Assembly: GCA_046590195.1 (NCBI GenBank)
Contig: JBKJTP010000084.1
Span: forward strand, 1-56,169
Direction of reading: 5' to 3'
DNA length: 56,169 bases
Source: Candidatus Kapaibacterium sp.
GTDB lineage: Bacteria > Bacteroidota > Ignavibacteria > Palsa-1295
Below the pieces are notes generated by a model. It had not been told where the DNA came from and did not search any database. It saw only the letters and a program-made list of their open reading frames with translations. Positions 24,583 to 31,450 of this stretch are shown here, piece by piece. Numbering within the stretch: the first letter of the stretch is position 1; the number at the start of each line of letters is the position of its first letter. Both the position numbers and the translations under genes were made by a program.

Positions 24583-26883
24583 ATGTCGGATTACAACGTA
24601 AAGTTTACAGACACCAACAAAACTCCCATTCTCGTCGAACAGGATGCTCAGAAGTCAACCGAAACGGACCTCGTTCTGTTCGGTCGAAGCTTCTTGGAGT
24701 ATGGTGAACAACTGAATGAGAATCTGGTAAAGATACTAGAGAACTTTGCATGTTCCGAAATGGCAGCACCACCGGAAGCTGGCGATTGGCCCGACACCGA
24801 TCTTACCGTCAATGAGACACTTACCGAGCCACTCGAAGGTCAGTTGTGGTATAACACCACGAAGCAGGCCCTGTACAATTACAACGGTACCATGTGGATT
24901 CCGCTGGTGACGGGTTCGGACTATGCTGCCAATTGGGGACAAGTCACAGACGGTACACTATTACCGCGTCCGGTTGCACAAAATGGATATGTTTTCCCTT
25001 ACTCGGAGTGTATCTGGATAGTCTCTCCGGCCGGACATGGCGGTCGATTCGATTATATGGCTTGCACTACAGACGAAGACGCGCAGGTACTGATGCGTTA
25101 TCGTTTACTCGGTGACGACACGCTGACTAGCGGTACCGCAAATTATCTCATTATTGGTATTCGTGGTAACACTAACAACGGTACCATCGTTGTGGACCCG
25201 CCGATTTATGTCGAGCCGAGCCCAACACCGGGTGCATCCCCGACACCGGCACCGTCAAGTACGCGTCCGCCGACTCCAACTCCAACGAACACACGCACTG
25301 CAACGCCGACGATTTCGTTGACGCGTACACCGGTACCGTCCGCCTCACGTACTCCACCACCAACACCATCACCACGTCCGGCTCTCGCCATGAACATCGT
25401 TGACAGTGCCCGTGGTGGTGACTACGTGGACTCCATCAGCCTATGCAACATGGGTGACTACATCTCGACCTTGGACGTTGGTAATCAGGGTTGCACGGTA
25501 ACTATCGGTAACTGCACCTCCGGTGCATGCGCTCCGGAACCGGGTGATTTCTCCACGGGTGACGTAGCAATCGGTGCGGCTATGGGTATCACTGTAACCG
25601 GTGGCACTGCACCGTACACCGTCAGATTCAAGACCTTCACCGCTACGAGCGGCGCGGCAGCATTTGCAGCTAGTGGCGACTGTCTGTTCATCGGCGGTAG
25701 TTCTGGTTTCAGCACACTACCAAGCGGAACAGTCTATTCTTTCATCATCCCGACCGATGGTGGTAGTCAGGATGGCATCACAATCAACGCTTCATGCGGT
25801 GACGATGTTTACACGCTGACTGGTAACTTCACAGTTGAGGTAACGGATTCCGTTGGTACCATCATATCGGAAACATTCCCTTACACCGTAGAACGTAAGA
25901 ACGAAGCAGCTTGCTATGACATCACCGATTTCCGCTCCGGATTTATGCTATCTGATAGTAATGGTGGGTCTTCAAGTTGTGATGGTAGCGCCATGGCGTC
26001 CTCCGGTACACCTACTAACTGGCTAGCGAAGACGGCCAGCGTAAACTACACATCGTTCAATTCGAACGTCGGAGCGCCAAGCAAGGTAATCATGTCCGGT
26101 ATTCCGAAGTGGTGGCCGCGTCCGGCGGCGCGTGTGACATTAACCATTACACACCCACTAGCCGGCTCTGCTCCGGTAACAGTAACGGCGTTCCGTGATA
26201 CTGGTAGAGCTAGCGCGGCTAATGGTGTATCGACCGGAACCGGTTCAGTTACTATTGGCGCGCATACCTATACCGTGACACTGTCGATAACAGTAGGATA
26301 CACCGGTAAGGACCAAATTGATGGTGTGTGTAATGATATTTACTACTACAATATCAGTCCGTCCTTCACAATTTCTCCGGCTATTACTTCTTGTTCAGCA
26401 CTGACACCGCCGGGTGGCGCACTCTATGACGGTGGTGGTGGTGGTGGTTGTGTTACGACCGAATCCATGATTTACGGTAGTGGCCTAGCTTCCGGCGTCA
26501 TGGTCGGTGCGACCATGACGGTCATCGACCCATCCAGTCTAGAGTTGGGTACGGGTATTGTTTCTCTGGCCGACATCAAGCTACAGCCTTGCGTGCGAAT
26601 CACTTCCGAGTCAGGCGTTGTGCTGGAATGCTCGACAACCGCTCCAATCGCTAACAGCGACGGTGTGCAGGTTCTAGCTCCTGACCTGTTGGGTGTCGAA
26701 GTGCTTGTCTACGACAATGGTGTGGTGCGTTCTGAGAAGGTTGTGAGTGTTGAAGACATCGGTGACAAGGAAGTCGTCCACATCACGGTAGAGAACAACT
26801 ACTTCTTGGCCGGTGCCGAAGACGGTCGTTACTTCTTCCACCATAATATCAAAAACTTCATTGGCGGGTTACAGCCTTACTAA
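24583..26883 (+). CDS. fibre-like structural protein, paralogue B, with a C-terminal Hint (intein-like) domain
   Basis: Shared N-domain, PT linker (25195-25380), a ~350-aa G/S/T-rich region, a Gly6 run, then the Hint domain. Confidence 0.75.
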   Translation: MSDYNVKFTDTNKTPILVEQDAQKSTETDLVLFGRSFLEYGEQLNENLVKILENFACSEMAAPPEAGDWPDTDLTVNETLTEPLEGQLWYNTTKQALYNYNGTMWIPLVTGSDYAANWGQVTDGTLLPRPVAQNGYVFPYSECIWIVSPAGHGGRFDYMACTTDEDAQVLMRYRLLGDDTLTSGTANYLIIGIRGNTNNGTIVVDPPIYVEPSPTPGASPTPAPSSTRPPTPTPTNTRTATPTISLTRTPVPSASRTPPPTPSPRPALAMNIVDSARGGDYVDSISLCNMGDYISTLDVGNQGCTVTIGNCTSGACAPEPGDFSTGDVAIGAAMGITVTGGTAPYTVRFKTFTATSGAAAFAASGDCLFIGGSSGFSTLPSGTVYSFIIPTDGGSQDGITINASCGDDVYTLTGNFTVEVTDSVGTIISETFPYTVERKNEAACYDITDFRSGFMLSDSNGGSSSCDGSAMASSGTPTNWLAKTASVNYTSFNSNVGAPSKVIMSGIPKWWPRPAARVTLTITHPLAGSAPVTVTAFRDTGRASAANGVSTGTGSVTIGAHTYTVTLSITVGYTGKDQIDGVCNDIYYYNISPSFTISPAITSCSALTPPGGALYDGGGGGGCVTTESMIYGSGLASGVMVGATMTVIDPSSLELGTGIVSLADIKLQPCVRITSESGVVLECSTTAPIANSDGVQVLAPDLLGVEVLVYDNGVVRSEKVVSVEDIGDKEVVHITVENNYFLAGAEDGRYFFHHNIKNFIGGLQPY
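25195..25380 (+). repeat. Pro/Thr/Ser-rich linker-coding repeat (paralogue B)
   Basis: DPPIYVEPSPTPGASPTPAPSSTRPPTPTPTNTRTATPTISLTRTPVPSASRTPPPTPSPRP. Confidence 0.85.
26449..26847 (+). other. Hint / bacterial-intein-like autoprocessing domain at the fibre C-terminus
   Basis: Begins with Cys after GGGGGG (CVTTESMIYG, block A-like). Block F-like VVHITVENNYFLAG. Ends FFHHN (block G His-Asn). The +1 residue is Ile, followed by only 11 aa (IKNFIGGLQPY). Confidence 0.6.
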
Positions 26884-27053
26884 TGTATATCATCGTCCGA
26901 CACAAAGATAATGTAATCGTAGGCAACGCTCTTCGTCCGGTTGACGAAGTTCAGTTGTCCAAAAATGGCTATAAGGTATTCGAGATAGATGACTCCGAGT
27001 TCTCTATCTCAATGCTGGGCTCCAAACTGGACGGGTTTCAAGAGGTTAAGTAA
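26883..27053 (+). CDS. small hypothetical ORF (56 aa), below the ORF-track cutoff, between fibre paralogues B and C
   Basis: ATG overlaps the upstream stop (TAATG) and its own stop abuts the next start (TAAATG). Translation: MYIIVRHKDNVIVGNALRPVDEVQLSKNGYKVFEIDDSEFSISMLGSKLDGFQEVK. Confidence 0.4.
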   Translation: MYIIVRHKDNVIVGNALRPVDEVQLSKNGYKVFEIDDSEFSISMLGSKLDGFQEVK

Positions 27054-28259
27054 ATGACAGTCTACAAGGTAAAGTACACCCTAGCGGACAAGACTCCAAT
27101 TTCCATTCCGGAATCGGAAGTCGATAGCTCGACGGCCGTAAAGTTATTCGGTCGTAAGAAGCTCGCTTACGGTAAGGACTTGAACGAGAACCTACTACGC
27201 CTTCTGGAATCATTCTCCTGCCCGGAACTCGCTGCTACGCTTCCGGTCACCCCGGACGCGGACTCGCTGGCAGACGCTACCGTATTTGCAAACCCGGTCG
27301 AGGGTCAGTTGTGGTTTAATTCAACTAGAGAAACCCTCTATGTCTGGGACGCGACAGAGTGGATTGAGCATAAGAAATTTGGTGACATTGCCGCGAATTG
27401 GGGTATAATTGCATCTGGCGGTCAGATTCCACTACCCGTCTCGTCCAACGGTACAACTTACACATACGCAGAGTGTTCATGGATTGTTAGCCCGTGGGGT
27501 TATCCAAACGCTATAGATTTCATGCGGTGTTTTACTGATGACGACGCCAACGTGACGATGGAGTATTCTCTGGAAGCCTCCGGTAGTAACGTCGCAGGCT
27601 TCGCAAATTACATCATCATCGGCATTCCGGGTAACGTCAATCTTGGTGTTACACTGCCACCTGTTTCCATGACACCGACACCGACAGTCACGCCGACAAT
27701 TTCCATAACGCCGACCATGACACCGACACCAACGCCGACAACTTCGGTAACGCCAACGTTACCAACGTCACCAACCCCAACCCCGACAATTACGGTCACG
27801 CCGACAATTACGGTCACGCCGACACCGACAATTTCCATAACGCCTACACTTTCCCTGACACCAACGCCGACAGTTTCCAGCGGCGCGTTGATTTCAATGC
27901 CAGCGGAAGGTACGGAAATCTCGTCGTTGGAATCCGCAGCAGCACCGGCCACGGCGGACTTTGCACTTCAGTCGGATGGTGATTATGCTTACTTCGAATT
28001 TGCCACACTTCCACCACGGTGGTTGGTCAGTGGTACTCCGAGTGACTACGAATGTCGTGTTATTCAAACGAGCGGCTCGTTCGACGCCGGTTCTGCTACG
28101 AATACATGGCTAAACCTCGGAACGACTCGTTCGTGGCATAATACCTCCACACTACCACAGACCATAAACTTCACGCTTGAAATCCGTAATGCTGGTACGC
28201 TGGTTAGCTTTGGTGTAGTTAACATGGTAATGTACACTGAAGGTAACATTGGCGCATAA
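27054..28259 (+). CDS. fibre-like structural protein, paralogue C
   Basis: Shared N-domain, PT linker (27654-27875), unique ~125-aa C-domain. Confidence 0.7.
   Translation: MTVYKVKYTLADKTPISIPESEVDSSTAVKLFGRKKLAYGKDLNENLLRLLESFSCPELAATLPVTPDADSLADATVFANPVEGQLWFNSTRETLYVWDATEWIEHKKFGDIAANWGIIASGGQIPLPVSSNGTTYTYAECSWIVSPWGYPNAIDFMRCFTDDDANVTMEYSLEASGSNVAGFANYIIIGIPGNVNLGVTLPPVSMTPTPTVTPTISITPTMTPTPTPTTSVTPTLPTSPTPTPTITVTPTITVTPTPTISITPTLSLTPTPTVSSGALISMPAEGTEISSLESAAAPATADFALQSDGDYAYFEFATLPPRWLVSGTPSDYECRVIQTSGSFDAGSATNTWLNLGTTRSWHNTSTLPQTINFTLEIRNAGTLVSFGVVNMVMYTEGNIGA
27654..27875 (+). repeat. Pro/Thr-rich linker-coding repeat (paralogue C)
   Basis: LPPVSMTPTPTVTPTISITPTMTPTPTPTTSVTPTLPTSPTPTPTITVTPTITVTPTPTISITPTLSLTPTPT. 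Confidence 0.85.
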
Positions 28260-28267
28260 CCATAACC

Positions 28268-28921
28268 ATGCCCCTTAAAATAAAGAACATAACAACTTCG
28301 AAGACCGTAGAGCAGGGAAGATTGGAGTGGGCGGAAACCCTCTCCCATCGTAATAAACTGCTCACCTCTTCGGATTGGACCCAGCTTCCGGACTCCGGTC
28401 TTACGTCTGAGTGTGTTGAGAACTGGCGTATCTGGCGAGGCATCGTCCGGCAGCTTCGCAAGGACAATCATCCTGACCGTAATCTTGTTACGGAGCAAAT
28501 CAATCGTCTTACTCGTGCCAAGCCCGTCAACCGATGGGCCGACGAGCCTGAGATTGCGTTGCCTCTTCTCGATAACTCATTCGCTAGCCATCAAAAGCGC
28601 GTCATGGATTACATGGACGTGATGTTCAACGATGCCGCCACTGTCAAGTCATTCCTCGAACATCCTCTCCTGATAGATGCCGGCCTCCGGAAGGCAGAAA
28701 AGGAGCTTGGTATATTGGGTAAAATTGGAATCCTATCCAGAAAAATATGGTCCGATAAACTATTCGAATTGAATCACCGAAGGAATGTTAGTGTAGCCCG
28801 TATTTTCAAGCTACAGAGCAAGTACTTGGAGTTTTCCGAGCTTGTCAAGAACGCCACGGCTACTGTAGAATTGCAGACACTACAGGTAGAAATAAAGCAA
28901 TGGATATCGACATTGACTTAA
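28268..28921 (+). CDS. possible tail-fibre assembly/chaperone-like protein
   Basis: The N-terminal RNKLLTSSDWTQLPDSGLTSECVENWRIWRGIVRQLR matches the remembered tail-fibre-assembly signature (LL..SDW..lpD......W..YRq.LR). Lies directly after the fibre paralogues. Confidence 0.35.
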   Translation: MPLKIKNITTSKTVEQGRLEWAETLSHRNKLLTSSDWTQLPDSGLTSECVENWRIWRGIVRQLRKDNHPDRNLVTEQINRLTRAKPVNRWADEPEIALPLLDNSFASHQKRVMDYMDVMFNDAATVKSFLEHPLLIDAGLRKAEKELGILGKIGILSRKIWSDKLFELNHRRNVSVARIFKLQSKYLEFSELVKNATATVELQTLQVEIKQWISTLT

Positions 28922-29469
28922 GGTCGGACTTCAAGGTGGAGCGGGTGTTCAAGCATGTAACGCCCGCTTCTATGGTAGAGAAGGATGAACTTAAGCGACA
29001 TAACGTTGGCGCGTACTTCCAGAAGATTCCGCGTGACCCCATCTCCAATCTCGCCGCAATCCCCTATGGGGAGGCGGAGGAATTGGGCTATCTGAAAATA
29101 GACTTCCTTTCACTAAATTTACTGTCCAGTTTCGAGACTAAGGCCGAAGTTTTACACTTCGCCCGCAAGGAACCAAACTGGAAGAGATTGAACGATGAAC
29201 AGTTCGTAGAGAAGCTATTCCACATTTCCAAACACTATGACATGGTTCAAAAGGTCAACCCACGTTCCGTACTGGAACTGGCTGACATTCTGGCTCTGAT
29301 TCGACCGGGTAAAACCATTCTTCTGGATAAATACCTGAAGAACAAGAAACTGACGAGGAAGGAACTGTACACCAAGCGGCAGGTATCGGACCTACGAAAG
29401 TCCCATGCCATAGCTTATGCAGTCAACATCGTCATTAATATGAATCTGGTTGAGGCCGGAATACTATGA
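28900..29469 (+). CDS. DnaE (Pol III alpha)-like fragment 2: catalytic palm aspartates plus an abbreviated fingers region
   Basis: MDIDIDL (DnaE PDFDVDF), RHNVGAYF (HAGGVVI), GYLKIDFLSLNLLS (GLVKFDFLGLRTLT, third catalytic Asp), LADILALIRPGK (MIALVALFRPGP), LRKSHAIAYAV (FNKSHSAAYAL). The thumb is almost entirely missing. Confidence 0.7.
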   Translation: MDIDIDLRSDFKVERVFKHVTPASMVEKDELKRHNVGAYFQKIPRDPISNLAAIPYGEAEELGYLKIDFLSLNLLSSFETKAEVLHFARKEPNWKRLNDEQFVEKLFHISKHYDMVQKVNPRSVLELADILALIRPGKTILLDKYLKNKKLTRKELYTKRQVSDLRKSHAIAYAVNIVINMNLVEAGIL

Positions 29470-29807
29470 GTTACAATCCCAATTCGGTAATGCTGACGGT
29501 AACCCAGAAGGCTATCCTTGCCGTCCTCCACAACGCACCGACTCCTGAAGCCGCCTTTGAGACCATCAATGGTTCCACGGCTCTGGTTACCGCTCGTAAT
29601 TTGTTAGAGCGCCTAGGACTCATCTACGTGGCCGACAACAAGGCAGCCCTGTCAGATGCCGGTCGCCATGCGGTCGCAGCCAATAACATTGCAGACGAAT
29701 CAGGGCAGCTAACCGATGAAGGTGCCGCCCTGATTGATGGATTGAACAACGCTCGCGCTGCCGAGGTTACTATCGAGTCGTTCTCGCTGTTAGCCAGCCT
29801 GCTTTAA
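29466..29807 (+). CDS. hypothetical protein (113 aa)
   Basis: ORF only. The hydrophobic C-terminal tail ...IESFSLLASLL is faintly reminiscent of the clamp-binding tail of T4 gp33 (...LDFLL). Speculative. Confidence 0.45.
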   Translation: MSYNPNSVMLTVTQKAILAVLHNAPTPEAAFETINGSTALVTARNLLERLGLIYVADNKAALSDAGRHAVAANNIADESGQLTDEGAALIDGLNNARAAEVTIESFSLLASLL

Positions 29808-30265
29808 TAATGCACGCGGTCGATGAACTCTACACCTTTCGGGACCGGCTTGCGCTTGCGCTTCTTGGTCTTGAACGGACCACCCATCTCGTAGCGCGGT
29901 AGTGGACCGATAACCCGAGTAACATAATCCACCGTAAAGCGTCGTAGAATTTTGGATGCTTCTACACTCACACCCCGGCGGGAGAACTCAATCGAGATTG
30001 GATAGTCCGGCTTTGGTGAGGTGTACCACTCATAGGCAATCTCAATAAGAGCATGTTCTCTAAGTTCAGGCTTGTAGTCAAATTCCTTCGGGCAGAAATC
30101 TAGGACGTAGGATACAATTTCGTTGTTGATTACGTTATCGACAATATTAATGTAATCAACATCATTGAAACGAATGAGAGTTAGAAACGCAGGACCGCTA
30201 TAAGTCTCTGGATGCGGTTCATTGATTAGTGGAAATGCTTGGTTGATCTTTTTCATGTCATTCAA
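29804..30265 (-). CDS. hypothetical protein; the only minus-strand gene in the window that is not endonuclease-like
   Basis: 153-aa ORF with a basic patch KTKKRKRKP. Its stop overlaps the convergent + gene stop (TTAA). CATAAATA lies upstream on the minus strand. Confidence 0.55.
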   Translation of the reverse strand: MNDMKKINQAFPLINEPHPETYSGPAFLTLIRFNDVDYINIVDNVINNEIVSYVLDFCPKEFDYKPELREHALIEIAYEWYTSPKPDYPISIEFSRRGVSVEASKILRRFTVDYVTRVIGPLPRYEMGGPFKTKKRKRKPVPKGVEFIDRVHY

Positions 30266-30283
30266 TACCTTAGAGACTTCCGG

Positions 30284-30291
30284 TATTTATG
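30284..30291 (-). promoter_or_regulatory. late-promoter-like CATAAATA (minus strand) for the gene at 29804-30265
   Basis: The + strand reads TATTTATG. On the minus strand, CATAAATA is followed by the SD TAAGG and an ATG. Confidence 0.4.
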
Positions 30292-30322
30292 TCAGGGAAA
30301 TTGGTGTTGATAATTCCCCCGT

Positions 30323-30330
30323 AATAAATA
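30323..30330 (+). promoter_or_regulatory. late-promoter-like AATAAATA for the acidic protein gene
   Basis: gtAATAAATAct, 22 nt before the ATG at 30352. Divergent from the minus-strand box. Confidence 0.35.
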
Positions 30331-30351
30331 CTAGGAGAAAATGGAGTCCTC

Positions 30352-30957
30352 ATGAAAAAGTTAACTGAAGTAGCCGGCATCAAGAACATGAACACTGACG
30401 AGACCACCATCATCGACGATGAGGGTAACATCAATGAATTGGAGCCGGGCGAGGAAAGTCCATTCGATTTTTTCGCTGGAATTGAAGACGAATTCGGCGG
30501 TGAAGAGGACGGCGGCTGGAATCTAGATAATCCGTTCGGTGATGCCGAAGGTGGTGATATGGAAGGTCTCGACTTCGAAGGTGAAGGTGACCCAGCCCTA
30601 GATGCACCACTAGAAGGTGGGGAAGAGGAAGGTCTCGGTGACGAGATGAATCCTGATGACGAACTCGGACTAGGCGAAGAAGAAACCGATGAAGACCCGA
30701 ACTTTCAGGGTGTAATCCGTACTGTAACCGGTGCCTGCCTAGTGTATAAGCGCAAGGGCGAGGAAGGCACTTACGAAGAGCTATGGGTTTACGGCATCGG
30801 TAAGAACATGCGTAACGAAGCCAAGATTCGCCGTGCTATCCTAGCCGGTACGGACATTGGTATTCAGGACGTTTCCTCCGAGGATGGCACGCAGGAATGC
30901 GTTACAACCAACATCGGAAATGTGCAGTACCTGAAGATTATGGGCCTGCCAAACTAA
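30352..30957 (+). CDS. highly acidic protein (N-terminal ~120 aa rich in D/E/G) with a folded C-terminal domain
   Basis: A run of EEDGGW..DAEGGDMEGLDFEGEGDP..EGGEEEGLGDEMNPDDELGLGEEETDED. N-terminus MKKLTEVAGI. Confidence 0.6.
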   Translation: MKKLTEVAGIKNMNTDETTIIDDEGNINELEPGEESPFDFFAGIEDEFGGEEDGGWNLDNPFGDAEGGDMEGLDFEGEGDPALDAPLEGGEEEGLGDEMNPDDELGLGEEETDEDPNFQGVIRTVTGACLVYKRKGEEGTYEELWVYGIGKNMRNEAKIRRAILAGTDIGIQDVSSEDGTQECVTTNIGNVQYLKIMGLPN

Positions 30958-30986
30958 TTGACATCGACCCGGTATTTCTGTAACAT
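30958..30986 (+). promoter_or_regulatory. sigma70-type (early) promoter
   Basis: TTGACA (30958-30963), 17-nt spacer, TAACAT (30981-30986). Confidence 0.55.
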
Positions 30987-31015
30987 AGTTTACCAACTAT
31001 TACAGGAGTACCGGG

Positions 31016-31450
31016 ATGGATTTCAACCCGCAGGTTTACAAGGGCGAACCGGCCGCAGAGCCAGTCGAAGCCACCTACGAAGACAATGTTGAAGGCAAGC
31101 TTCAGCATATGACCGATCTTTCATTGTACTACGGTGCGATGAAGAAAGAAGCAAAAACGCAGTTCAAGCGTGACTTCTACCAGAAGAAGCTGGTCAATAA
31201 CAATCGCAAACTGTACCGCCTTCTGGTACGCACCCCCAACGCTTTCAATCCCCTCATGGAACTCCTGAAGGGTAATGATACTGTGACTGTGAACATGGAA
31301 TCTAATCCGTTACCAGAAGATGGTGTATTATCTCCATTTTGTCAGGTAGTGGGTGACGAGAATGCCGAACCGGAACTGGTAGAATACACCATCACTGCTA
31401 CCGGTGACACCGAGCAGGTATGGATTGACATGAAGAAGGACGCCGAGTAA
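31016..31450 (+). CDS. hypothetical protein
   Basis: ORF only. Confidence 0.5.
   Translation: MDFNPQVYKGEPAAEPVEATYEDNVEGKLQHMTDLSLYYGAMKKEAKTQFKRDFYQKKLVNNNRKLYRLLVRTPNAFNPLMELLKGNDTVTVNMESNPLPEDGVLSPFCQVVGDENAEPELVEYTITATGDTEQVWIDMKKDAE

Noticed and set aside
23886-27875. The periodic short repeats in the three linker regions might be CRISPR-like or satellite arrays
   Set aside because: They lie inside long ORFs, have no spacer/repeat regularity, and translate into Pro/Thr linkers. They are coding low complexity, not arrays.
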